From positions 5,518,001-5,582,000 of the forward strand of contig NC_042997.1 in assembly GCF_006345805.1 (NCBI RefSeq): a DNA stretch of 64,000 nt, in the 5' to 3' direction. The notes below the pieces were generated by a model that was not told where the DNA came from, did not search any database, and was given only the letters and a program-made list of their open reading frames with translations. The position numbers and the translations under genes are program-made. Of the stretch, positions 42,906 to 56,305 are shown in pieces. The DNA comes from Octopus sinensis (taxonomy: Eukaryota). Each line of letters begins with the position of its first letter. The stretch's first letter is position 1.

Positions 42906-44269
42906 CAGAAAAAGTAAAATTAAGATACGAGTAAAAGTGTAGAAAAATAAAAATAAAAGTAAAGGTAATGATTGACATAGCTTAGTATTGCATCGGGATG
43001 AGAGGACAAACCTTGAAGATTCAATAAATTGGGGGTGGAATAGCTGTCTAGGTAATGTTGCAAAGGACAGTAGTATAGTGGTTAGTACAGATATTTAAAA
43101 TTCTATTTCAGGCTTCATTGCAATTAAATGATACGAGATAAAGGATTAAAAATTAAAGTTAAAACTTAGATTTAAAATCAAAACTTAACACCTAAAATTA
43201 CTAAGTAAAATTACAAATTATATTTCAAGCTTAACAGCAATTAAATGATACGAGATAAAGTATGAAGAATTAAAATTTAAAACTTAAACTTAAAAACTAT
43301 AGCCGAAAATTATAAAGTGAGACATAGGATGGATCAGTAAGAATATGCTAGCCAGCTTTTTACCTATAGTTAGAAAAAATTAGACTTCGAATTATGGGCC
43401 TGCAGAGTTGAAGTTATTACATGTATGCATGTATGTATGTATTTACTTGCATACATAAAGAATGGGTTTCTGGACAGTGTCAATGTACGAAATTCACTAG
43501 AAATACGCTAACAAGGGGCTTCCCTAAGATTTCATGCTATTGAATTGAATCTGATAGCACACAGTTGTGAACTAGCCCTCTTAGAAACATGGTAATACAA
43601 GCACTTTTACATATAAACTTGTACCTATGTATTTGTACAAGTGTTTTAGACGCTGTCTTGTAATTATTAGCTATGTGTTTAGAGAAATAGCAAAGCGCGG
43701 TTCATGATGAATATTTTATGTAGAAGTTTTCTCACTTTCCGTACACATGTGTGAAACCATCCTATGTATCATGAAATGACTTCCCAGTAGCTGTTGCTTT
43801 AGCAACACAGCATTCACCTGTCTTTAGAATCAGACTGAATCCTTCAAATAATACATAAATAACGCATACAAGGTGATCGTTAGTTCAAAAATATGCTAAT
43901 CTACCTGCTAAATGGTACGTAGGTAGTAAGCAACATTACACAAGGTTGGAAAATTTGCTCAAAGTTGCAACATATTTGCCAATATTGATTAATCACGTTA
44001 ATGCACAGCCACAAGTTATCGATGGTCTAAGCTTGATTTGCAGGTAATTTTCATTAGGAATGATTCTGAGTAGGCACAGCCTCTTAAACTGGTATAACGC
44101 ATTTAACATAATTATATGTGTATGTATGTATGTGTTAATCAGCCGAAATTGTGAGGATGACCCGGTTCTTGACTGAAGATAAAAGGCTTCGAATGACCAG
44201 TCCGTGGTTTTTTGTATCGTCTATCTGGATGTTTTGCGTTCTTGTTACATTTTGTATTTTATTTTTTTT

Positions 44270-44655
44270 GCCCAAACGACCTTAACATTAGCTTCAAGGT
44301 TCATCCAAGACTGGGACCACGGGCCATACGTCCCCTGCCCAATTCAAGATCACAACATATATGTACACTGCAACATGATTTCTTTTCCTCAACAGGCCCT
44401 GCCCTATTTAACATTGTCCCGAGGGAGATCAAGGAGTAAAAGGATACCATCAACTTTAAACGGAGTCTGGATAGATTCCTTCAAAGAATACCAGATAAGC
44501 CACCCATAATTGGATACAACTCACCCAGCAAGAACTCACTACCTGAACAAAGCTTGACTTAAACAGGATTCGAATAATCCTATCAAGTGGTGCTATTAAG
44601 TTAGACATGGCCTGGACCAATCTTTGGTCGAAACATATCTAAGTTATCTAAGTTA
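44270..44655 (+). mobile_element. CR1/L2-group LINE 3' fragment, diverged relative of 23820-25791
   Basis: CPNDLNISFKVHPRLGPRAIRP...GPALFNIVP...SLDRFLQRIPDKPP; same 3' UTR gtggtgctattaagttagacatggcctgg and ctaagtta repeats. Confidence 0.88.
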
Positions 44656-44751
44656 TATAGCGGCGTACGTAGACTTTGTTCCCTTATATATATATATATA
44701 TATATATATCATATATATATTATTATGTATCTATATGTATGTGTGATATAT

Positions 44752-44794
<43 letters not shown>

Positions 44795-44796
<2 letters not shown>

Positions 44797-45414
44797 GAGT
44801 GTAGAAATTCGGGGTGATTACTTGATAATTATAAGCACCTGTGTATACGTTTGGTGGTGTAGGTGGTGGAGTAAATGATCAAATAAAAATAAAAATAAAA
44901 ACATGAGGCGAAGGATTCAGCGGTACATATGTTTCGGGCCTTTATTAGACAGATACATAACAATCATAATTATGTCTGTGCCTTCTTCACCGCTCACAAC
45001 AGCTTCCACAGACATGTGGTATTCCGAATTTTATTGGTTCTGGGGATGCAAATCTTCTCGTTCCCGTACGACAAAATGCGCACACATCGAATTGAATCGT
45101 CCATCTCCTTCTTCTCTCAATGTAGAATGAGGAAACTTGGAACATCCAAGTTTCCTCATTCTACATTGAGAGAAAAGGAGATGGACGATTCAATTCGATG
45201 CTGCTGCCGCATTTTGTCGTCGGGAACGAGAAGATTTGCATCCCCAGCCAAGAATTTCGGAACTAACACATGTCCTTGTGGAAGCTGTTGTGAGCGGCTG
45301 AAGAAGGCCACAGACATACATTATGATTTGTTATGTATCTGTCTAATAAGGCCCGAAACATATGTACCGCGAATCCTTCGCCTCATGTTTTTATTTTTAT
45401 TTTTATTTTGATCA
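44795..45414. mobile_element. Large fold-back element: ~265-bp inverted arms (44876-45141 / 45145-45414), 3-nt loop, plus ~80 bp extension
   Basis: Centre cttgga-aca-tccaag; arms match end to end with scattered small indels; (TA)n on both sides. Confidence 0.9.
45294..45370 (+). ncRNA. Type-I hammerhead ribozyme motif with long stem II
   Basis: gcgg-CTGAAGA-a-ggcc[acagacataca...tgtatctgt...]ggcc c-GAAAC-atat-GTA-ccgc; stem I gcgg/ccgc, palindromic stem III acatatgt. Confidence 0.75.
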
Positions 45415-45455
<41 letters not shown>

Positions 45456-47954
45456 TATATCTATATATATATGTATTATATGTATGTATAATTTATGTAA
45501 TTTACATAATTTATCGATAAGGGTCTAATTTCAAAGCATAAATCATGGAAGTCAATAATATTCATTCAATCCCCTTTGGTGCTTAAAAGAATCAAGAAAT
45601 ATGGAATCATATAGTCTGATTATTATACAAATTTGGATTAAGATAGCAGTTATGTATGAATATATGTAATTATCAACTGCAAATGCTCCCAAAATCTGAG
45701 GTATTCGTTAATAGTATAAGTTCAGTGTCGTTTTAATAAGTGCGAGGAGGCACGTAATTTCAGGATACAAAATTTTAAATAAGTACGTATATCGTCCATT
45801 TTTCAGTCTCAACGATGAATAATCCAATTGACTGTCCTGCCTGCTCATTGAATTATGTAGGTGGGAGAATAAGATCTCGCTGAACATATGTTACTATAAT
45901 AAAATCTGCATGAAGTATCTGTGTGAAATACTTTATGATAACACTTCCACTTTGAAAGTGATAACTTCCACAATATTCTCGTATATCTAAATTCACTCAC
46001 AAGCTTTCTATCTAGCTGAAATATACAGTGGGAGACGCGTGCCTAAGATACTTGGCATCTTAACTTCGAAGGAAACTTATTGCTCACTGGAATATTATTC
46101 TGTCCGTACATCATTTTTGTTCAGGTTTGATATACCTATCTAGTGCAATATTTTACAAGCCCACGTTTTTGACTATTCTCGATAATTAAATTAAATAAAG
46201 CTTGCAGAATTACGTGTGACGACAAAATGGGAGAACTATCCCGCATTTGATCTTACCACATATAAGCATGTTGTGCAACACACTACTTGTTCAATGGCTT
46301 AGGGTGTAAATCCATGGTGTAGAATTAGCAAACCTGCGGTTGAATATAGAAGTGTTGGACGTGAAATGGTCTTTGTTACTCTTATAAAGCGGAGCTTTAA
46401 ACACACACACTCACACACAAACAGTCATACATACACACATACATACACACATATATGCATATATATGTATATATATACACATATACATATATACGCACAC
46501 ATATACATATATAAATATGCACATACATGCACATGTGCATCTATACATATATTCATATATACATATATTCATAATGGGAGAAGGTGAGAGAGAGAAGGAG
46601 AGAGACTGCATAGACGTATAATCATGTGTCAATATGCAATACCCTTCATCTTATACGCTCCTCAATATAAAAGTCTTGTAATTGAATATTGATGTGCATA
46701 TAAAGGATATAATTAGGATTGTAGACCAACGTAAAATGTTCATTTAAGCATCTAGACTACTATAAAAGCCGAACGTGGAATTTTACGGCTATATTACACC
46801 TAGAATTAAGTGCCCAGGTTATATGTAAAATTCTCTCATGCAGATATGGTCTCACATTTAAAGTACACCTAACATTCGTTTTTCGCATACATTCATTCAT
46901 TCTCTCTTTCTCTTCGGTTACCATATACTTTCTCTCTCTCTCTTTCTCTTTCCCTCTCTCTCTCTCTTTCTCTCTCTCTCTTTCTCCCTCTCTCTCTATT
47001 TCTCTCTCTTTCTCTCTCTCTTTCCCGGTCTCCATCGTTGCCCTCTTGCTCTCTTTAACTCTCTCGGTTACGTTCACTGCAATATGAATTTCTAACACCG
47101 GCACAAGGACACACACTTAAGGTGAATGTATAATACATTGAATCAACCCGAATATATAACTGGAACTTTACTTCATCTAAAGACACAGTTGCCCACGGGC
47201 TGTGTCGTAGTAATCAAGAATGCTTTTATACAGAAATGAAACAAAATCCATTCATTCAAGCTAATATATCAAATGAATGCTGTCTATTGTTTGAGGAAAA
47301 GTAAATTGATAATGGTGATACTTGAACCTATAAAACCCTTACAGAAAACAAAATTCTCCTTTTTATTTATCCCGATTATTTTAAATGAAAAATGTTATAA
47401 TAATCTTTCTCATCAATTCATGCGATGCTACTTTAAGATGACATCGATCGAGAGAGAATTTCCAATATTTGAAAAAAATTCCAACAAAACTAGGTATCTT
47501 AGTACTAACATCTACACTTTAGGTGATTTGTTATGTTTACGAAAGTGACTGATAACATTTGTTATTGTTTCTCTTTTTCTCTCACATTTTTTAATCTTCA
47601 GTGCTATCACAGTCGTGTTAGAGCCGCAACTATCAAAATATATATATATAGTATAGTTAGTTTGTTTACCTGTGTTAACATCTTAGTGATAGCTACCTCA
47701 GTTAGGTGATCATTAGAACGAGGCTATTGATCAAGCACAGCACTAACAATGACGCAAGTGACACTTCGAGATGACTGGGATTAGGAAATAATTTAGAAGT
47801 TTAATTTCTAGGAAATATTGATTTCTGGACAATGTATACTTTCTTTCCTTTAGCATGAAGTACAGGTAAAACCTAAGAATTCCCGCTTAACATTTCTACA
47901 TATATTTATGCATAAATACACATTTCATACATACATACATAAATGCATATATAC

Positions 47955-48510
<556 letters not shown>

Positions 48511-48840
48511 AAATGATAAACAAAACAACGTTTGAGTTGCAGCTGGGTTTTTTTTTTCTTTTGTCACAAAACTACGTATAGTAGTTCCGTAAAATGTGTT
48601 AGACTTATACGAATCGCAACATGAGATGTGGCATATGTGCTTCTGAAAGAAAATGTCATCATAAAACACACTCGACACAAGGATAATAGTATAATGAAAT
48701 AAGACGGATTCAGTAAATGTATACACAATAACAATTTTGTATTTTGTTACATAGATATATTAAGCGAGACAGTTTACCCATGAAGCTCAGGGCAGAGACG
48801 GCAGTATTGTATATATGTGTGCATGTGTGTGTATGTGTAT

Positions 48841-49204
48841 GTCGGCGACAAGGGTTCCAGTTGATCTGATCAACAAAACAGCATGCTCGTGAAATTAACG
48901 TGCAAGTGGCTGAGCACTCCACAGACTCGTGTACCCATAACGTAGTTCTCGGAGAGATTCAGTGTGACACAGAGTGAGATAAGGTTGGACCTTTGAAATA
49001 CAGCTACAACAGAAACAGGGAGAAAGAGTGGGATAAATTTGTGGTGAAAGGGTACAGCAGGGTTCACTACCAACCACTGCCGGAGACTCGTGAAGCTTTA
49101 GGTGTTCTCACTCAACAAACACTCACATCGCCCTGTCTGGGAATCGAAACCGAGATCCTACGACCGCGAGCCCGCTGCCGTAACTACTGGGCCAGTGCGC
49201 CTCC
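48841..49204 (-). mobile_element. tRNA-headed SINE family C, full length
   Basis: ggaggcgcactggcccagtagtt (A box) ... ggtttcgattccc (B box), body, and a 3' end ...gttgatcagatcaactggaaccct. Confidence 0.9.
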
Positions 49205-49243
49205 ACATATTCATACACACACACACACACATAAATATATATA

Positions 49244-49281
<38 letters not shown>

Positions 49282-49409
49282 AAGAGAGAGAGAGAAGTAG
49301 ATAGATAGATAGATATATAGATAGATAGATAGATAGATAGAGATAAATAGATAGATAGATAGATAGAGATACATACATGTATACATAATACATACATAAA
49401 TATATACAT

Positions 49410-49638
49410 ATATACGGAGTAAACACATAACTGTGAAAACAAGGTGGAAAAAGATTACTCAAATACCAGTGGTAGAGTAATATGCTTTATTTAAAGCAGC
49501 AGAAAATTCACAAAAACTTGTTACTCTGAGTTTGGCGTTGCCGTTCATCGGACAGTTTTACTAAAATGTGTCCGATGAACGGCAACGCGAGACTCAGAGT
49601 AACAGGTTTTGTTGAATTTTCTGCTGCTTTAAAAAAAG
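49410..49638 (-). mobile_element. Fold-back element family E, copy 2 (imperfect hairpin 49485-49638)
   Basis: Reverse match to 1885-2110; hammerhead core mutated (CCGATGA, GAGAC). Confidence 0.85.
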
Positions 49639-49668
49639 TATATACATTATATATATACATATATATAG

Positions 49669-49711
<43 letters not shown>

Positions 49712-49863
49712 GATATATATATATATATCTATATATATATATAATATATATATATAAATTATATATATATATATAATATATATATTATATATATATATAT
49801 ATTAATATATATATATTATATATATATATATATATACATTTATATATAATATATATACATACG

Positions 49864-49895
<32 letters not shown>

Positions 49896-50012
49896 AATCA
49901 TTTCTATCACTATTCTCCGCTTTCCCCCTTCTTTTTTCTGTTTCGTCACGGTCATATTTTCCTTTGAAATGATAGGCATGGGACATGAATCAATGCTTAT
50001 GCATATACTGAG

Positions 50013-50049
50013 TTGCCTGAGGATCGGGCACTCGAAACTCCAAGTAAGG
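50013..50049 (+). ncRNA. Degenerate hammerhead-like motif
   Basis: CTGAGGA-tcgggcactc-GAAAC-tccaa-GTA: core residues intact but stems I and II pair poorly. Confidence 0.35.
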
Positions 50050-51452
50050 ATTCTCTTACAGAATCACCTTCATAACCTATCTATTTATATATATCTCTCT
50101 CTCTGTTTCTGTCTCTTTTTCTCTCTCTATTTCTCTCTGTATATATAGAGAAAGAGAGAGATAAGGTGAGTGAGGTATATACACACCCACTTATAACATA
50201 TATATACACATGTAACATGTATATCTATGCATCCATATACATATGTATTTGCCAGTATATATCGTTGTTTACCTGTTTATTATGCAATATACTTTATTTG
50301 GCAGTATTTATACCTTTCTGTGTAAGCATGTTTGTATAAGGAAATGAATATCTCTATACACATGTTTTTCTTAGACTTATAAACACCAACAAATAACATG
50401 CCAGTCATCGACCGGTAAATTAAGGAGATGCATCAACACCGTATTTGATACTATAGTTGAGATATTGAGAAAGAGTATCACTTTTCGCTGCTATCCATTA
50501 TAATGATAACGTTCACAGATGATTTACATAAAGAATGACTGTATAGCGTGGCTGACATTCCGCTCAAGTAAATTTATCATTAACTGTTATCGAGCGTGTT
50601 GTCCGACAAAGCGATGTGTTTCGCGTTGAAAATTCCCATGGTAATACTTTCAGATATCCACCATTTTGTTTTGTGTTTTCATCGTCTATTTATTTAGATA
50701 TCTAGACATTTATTTCTTTATTTCTGTTTTACTTATTTAGTAAGTCATTTATGTTAGTTGAAAACTATGACAGATGTGTAAAACCTGCTAATTTCGAAAT
50801 GTTTCATCGCTTGCCATTTGCCAATTGGCAATTCATAAATAATTGCTATTTGCTATCAACGATTGCAGAAACATCAATACCAAAAGTAATCATCATCATT
50901 AACACACGAACCGACGTCATTAACATCAACAACCAACACGAAAATAATGAAATGTGTGCTACATATCTACTACGAAATTAAGAACAGCATAGGAAATAGA
51001 GAACGGGAGAAAAAAAAAAGAAATAAAGTCATAAATGTAACCGCAAAACAACAACCGGTACAGAAAAAAAATAACGACACTGACTCCAAGAATAATAGGA
51101 AACCTAAACAACGTCGTAGACGAATAAATAGGAGAGAGACTATGAATAAATACAATTAAAATTAAAACAATATTAAAAGCAGAAGAAGCCACTAAACATT
51201 AGAGTCGTATATGAATGAAAATACTCACAGCAACACACCAGCAGTTGTAACATCTACAGCAACGGTAAGAATAACTGCAAAAAGAAAAAAGAATATAATT
51301 ATAAACAACGAAAAAATTAACACGACAGTATAGAAATTACAATTATGACATTTTCTCATCATCATCACCTAGGGGATAATAGAGAACAGCATATTAACAG
51401 TAGATCTATAGCAATGCAGGTATACAATTTTGCTAATATAATTAGTATTCTT

Positions 51453-51665
51453 GAAGCGGCGTGCTGGTAGAATCGTTAGCACGAAAAATGCTTAGCGGCA
51501 TTTCGTCTGTATTTACGTTCTGAGTTCAAATGCCGCCGAGGTCGATTTTGTCTTTCATCCTTTCGGGGTCGATGAAATTAGTATCAATTATGACTAGGGC
51601 TCAACATAATCGACTAGCCCCTCCCCAGAAATTTCAGGCCTTGTGCCTATAGTAGAAAGGTATAT
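51453..51665 (+). mobile_element. SINE family A
   Basis: gctggtagaatcgttagcacg head through ggccttgtgcctatagtagaaagg tail. Confidence 0.88.
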
Positions 51666-52832
51666 TATTAGGTTGTCAATAAAGTTCTTGCGGTGTTTAA
51701 CCTTTAAATTCAGATGCATATATCTCGGCTCAAACAAAACTTTTTTTATCGAAATAAACACCATCAGAATCAACACACTTTTGTCAACGCGAAACAAGTT
51801 TATATATGCCAGTAGCGTAAAAATCCAGCGTTCTGCTGGCGATGAAGTCGTTGAAGTTGTCGAGATGCTTGAAATAGTGGTAGTAGGTAGGTGAGAGGAT
51901 TGGTGAGTATGGTGGATGAGGCAGAGTTTCGGAGCCTATTTCGTTCAACTTCTGCAGGGTGAGTTGTGCGACGTGCTGCCGAGCGTTGTCATAGAGAAGA
52001 ATTGGTCCTTTTTTATTCACCAATGTCGGAGTTTCTTATGCATTTCATCCATTTGCTGACAGTACTTCTCCGCCGTAATGGTTTCGCCTGGATCCAAAAA
52101 GCTGTGATGGATAAGACCGGTCGCAAACCACCAAACAATCACCATGACCTTCTTTTGGTGCAACTTTGGCTTCGGGAAAAGCCGTGGAGCTTAGTCGGCG
52201 TCCAGCTACTGAGCTGAGCGTCGCCGGTTGTCGTAAAGAATCTACTTTTCATCGCAAGTAACAATCCGGTCAACAAATGGGTCGTTCTTGTGGCGTAAAA
52301 AAAGGGAAGACGACACTTCAAAACGGCATAATTTTTAGTTGTCATTCAATTCGTGCGGCACCTATTTCTCAAGTATTTTTGTTTCTCAATCTCTTTCAAA
52401 TGCTTGGGAATTGTTGTATATGTTACGTCTAATTCAGGAGCAAGCTCTCGACCAGTTGTGCGTGGATTGGCTTCGATTAAGGCCCTTGGTTGATCGTTTT
52501 CAACATCCGACTACTACGGTTATCATCTTCAAGACTCTCGTCACCGCTAAGAAGTTTCTTGAACCACCATTTTCCTGTACGTTCTTTAGTGGTTCCTGGG
52601 TCAAACGCATCGTTGATATCGCGATCTGTTTCAACAGCTTTTCGACCTAGCTTGTGCGAATTTGCTTTTAGTCCATGTTGTATCTAACGTTCCGGGAAAA
52701 AAATGGCCTAGTTATTCAAAAAGAAAATGAGTAACACGATTAGATAAAGCGAAATACGAAAATTAATTTGAAAATACATCATTTAAAACCAAAATTTAAA
52801 ATTCCGCAAGCACTTTCTTGACACAAATATTA
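51666..52832 (-). mobile_element. mariner DNA transposon, near full length, frameshifted transposase
   Basis: TIR-like ends tattaggttgtcaataaagttcttgcgg / ccgcaagcactttcttgaca; ILLYDNARQHVA...LPHPPYSPILSPTYYHYF (D,D34D region) and KKVMVIVWW in another frame. Confidence 0.92.
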
Positions 52833-52839
52833 GTATTCT

Positions 52840-53880
52840 TAAAGTAATGCGCTAGCAAAATTGTCAGCACGCCGGGCGAAATGCCTAGCAGCAATTCACT
52901 CATCTTTACGTTCTGAGTTCAAATTCCACTGAGGTTGATAAAAAAAAGTACCACTACAGAATTGGTGGCCTTGTGCCAAAATTTGAAGTCAATATCATTA
53001 GTATTCTTGTAATTAGGCTTGTTTAAGTTGGCGAGTTGAGAGAATCGGTAGCAAGCCAGGCGAAATGCTTAGTGGCATCCTTTCGGGGTCGATAATATAA
53101 GTACCAATTCATTACTAGAGTCTTCCACACAATTCCTGGCATTGTGACCGAATCTGAAAACAATATTGCTGATTTCTTATTATCAAAACTGTTTATGCCG
53201 ACAAACAGCAGTATTTCTTTGGATTTTACGTTCTAATTTCAAATTCCATTGTGGTCGATTTTACCATTGATCTTTTCGTGGTCAACAAAATAAATACCAG
53301 TCGATTACTAAATCGATGTAATCGACTTACCTCTTCCCCTAAATTTGCTGGCCTTGTACCGAAATTTGGAACTATTATGATGTTTGTTAATATATTTTGA
53401 TAAATCTAAATATCATGTTGGATAAATGCCAATGCACGAAACTACAGGCCCTTAAGTTACTTTATAGCTTATTCCGGTTAAATAATAATAAATATCCTTA
53501 TTATTATATTACTACAATCTTTGAGATCAAATTCATCTAAGGCCCACGTGGCCTTTTATCTTTCCGTGGGGCGATACAATCGACTTTAATATCATCCGTT
53601 AAATTTGCTGGCCTTGTACCGAAATTTGGAACTTTATGATGTTTGTTAATATATTTTGATAAATCTAAATATCATGTTGGATAAATGCCAATGCACGAAA
53701 CTACAGGCCCTTAAGTTACTTTATAGCTTATTCCGGTTAAATAATAATAAATATCCTTATTATTATATTACTACAATCTTTGAGATCAAATTCATCTAAG
53801 GCCCACGTGGCCTTTTATCTTTCCGTGGGGCGATACAATCGACTTTAATATCATCCGTTAAATTTGCTGGCCTTGCGGCA
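52840..53880 (+). repeat. Head-to-tail array of degenerate SINE-A units, including a ~260-bp near-exact tandem duplication (53341-53600 / 53601-53859)
   Basis: Repeated gagttcaaattcc / ggccttgtaccgaaattt blocks; the two 260-bp units differ by a 1-nt indel by eye. Confidence 0.85.
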
Positions 53881-53921
53881 AAATTTGGAACTGTTGCTAT
53901 AAAGTTTATATTATATGCTTG

Positions 53922-53931
53922 AGAAGAAGAA

Positions 53932-53966
<35 letters not shown>

Positions 53967-54069
53967 AGAAGAAGAAGAAGAAGAAGAAGAAGAAGAAGAA
54001 GAAGAAGAAGAAGAAGAAGAAGAAGAAGAAGAAGAAGAAGAAGAAGAAGAAGAAGAAGAAGAAGAAGAA
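53922..54069. repeat. (GAA)n trinucleotide tract, ~49 units with one GAG interruption
   Basis: Direct tandem reading; source of the poly-K/R/F ORFs. Confidence 0.97.
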
Positions 54070-55378
54070 AACCAGTGACAGCCAGAAGAAAAAATTTGAG
54101 AGCAGGAGACGATGGTGGAGAATGAAAATATGTAAATTACTAGTATGAGTATGAGAAAAAAATAATGAATGCAGAGCAGATAAGAGAGAAAGGAACGAAC
54201 TAAGCCAAACCAAAAGAAAAAAAGAACAGAAAGAAAAAGACAGAACTGAAAGAGTATCCCATTATAGCAGAATAATGATTTATTAATCTAGGTTAAAGGA
54301 TAAAGTAATTATATGATGTTGTACACTGAAATAAAATGACATACCATCAGAAAAATATCAAACAAAACAAAACATGAGACTGAGTGACTGAAAGAAGGGA
54401 TAATGCAGAAGGATAATCATGACTACAAAATATGAAAATAAAAGGAGAAACACAAACGAATCGAAATGCAAAATATGGCAGTTTTCAACAAATGTGATGT
54501 GGCACAGATTTTGTTTTCTTATATGAAATATTGGTATGTCATCGGAAAGGTCGAACGTTCAAACATTACATAGAATATATTATTTTTTTCTTCATGTGCA
54601 AGATGTATGTATGTATGTATGTATGTATGTATGTATGTATGTATGTATGTATGTGTATGTATGTATGTATGTGAATATGTGTATATATATGTGTGTGTGT
54701 GTGTGTGAGTGCATACACATATCCAGATAGATGGATAGAGAGAGATAAACTGATAGAAGAGCATGTATATTTACATTTGTTATGTGTGTGTAAATGTGTG
54801 TATCTATGTAGGTATGTTAGTATTTTGTATATATGCATAGATATTATAGATATATATACATATATTTTACACATATATATATATATATTATATATATATA
54901 TATAATATATATATATATATATAATATATATAATATTGTAAAATAAATATATATAAATATATATATATTTGTATAAATATATATATATATATTTATACAT
55001 ATTTATATGTATGTATGTGGGCAATTACATCACGTTTCATGATTTTTTTTCTTTTAGTTCAATGCAACATATACATTAGGAATAGCTGTTAGTGTATATA
55101 TGTTGCATGGATTGTTTGCATCCAACTTCTTCATGTGGAAAATAAATATTCGTTTTATATTGTCATACTTTCAGAACATTCTTGGAATGCTATGTTATTG
55201 AATGTCTTTCTCTCTATGTCCCTGCGTGATGTTAAAGCGAAAGAAAACATGGTGCAACTAAATGTAAATATTTATATTCGATATAAAGCATGTAATAATT
55301 CCTTGAAAAATATTTTAACGTTGAAGCAAAATAATATATATGCTCGCATATTTAAGTAGTCATACATACACACATGCA

Positions 55379-55423
<45 letters not shown>

Positions 55424-55569
55424 CACAGACACACACACACAAGCACAGATATATGCATGTATATATGTAGAAATAAAGTCCTTGGAGAAAGAGACCTTGT
55501 CCTGACGTTGTTTTTCTTTTTGCCTTATGCGATGTGTCTCGTTATTCAGAGATTTTGTTTTTTGTTTTA

Positions 55570-55997
55570 TTTACATGTAAAATAGTCTTTTCTACAATAG
55601 GCCCAATGCCTGAAATTTGGTGGAACGAGACTAGTCAATTACATCGACCCCAGTGTTTCGATGGTTCTTAATTTATCGAACCAGAAAGAATGAAAAGCAA
55701 TGTCGACCTCGGCGGAATTTGGACTCTGAACATAGCAAAGGGTGAAATACCTATTTCTTTACTACACACAAGGGGCTAAACACAGTGAGGACAAACAAGG
55801 ACCGACAAACGGATTAAGTCGATTACATCGACCCCAGTGCGTAACTGGCACTTAATTTATCGACCCCGAAAGGATGAAAGGTAAAGTCGACCTCGGCTGA
55901 ATTTGAACTGAGAACGTAGCGGCAGACGAAATACTACTAAGCATTTTGCCCGGCGTGCTAACGATTCTGCCAGCTCGCCGCCTTTTTTACATGTAAA
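55570..55997 (-). mobile_element. SINE family A dimer with 12-bp target-site duplication
   Basis: tttacatgtaaa at 55570-55581 and 55986-55997; junction gaaatac|ctatttc at 55750/55751. Confidence 0.9.
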
Positions 55998-56089
55998 CTA
56001 ATATCCAATAACCAGTTAGTAAGTATATTTTTTCAGTTTTGACCTCACAGAGTTGCGATGAACACAAGTATGCATGTATATATATCATT

Positions 56090-56271
56090 AATCTGTTACT
56101 TGTTTCAGTCATTAGACTATGGCCATAACTGGGCACCACTATGAAGAGTATTTTATCAAACGAATCATCACTAATACTTATGGCTTTTCAAGCCTGGTGC
56201 TTATTCTATCGAATTCTGTCCCCGAACTGCTACAATACGTGTAAGGAAACACAGAGACAAAAACACCACTT

Positions 56272-56305
<34 letters not shown>

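Noticed and set aside
42270-43400. Possible very old PLE remnant with CTGATGA motif and a ~135-bp tandem duplication
   Set aside because: GAAAC half missing and translation only vaguely endonuclease-like; not supportable.
44929-45411. 160-aa ORF
   Set aside because: It runs through both arms of a palindrome and shows no protein family signature; a by-product of the hairpin.
53911-54213. Poly-K/poly-R/poly-F proteins
   Set aside because: Translations of the (GAA)n tract.
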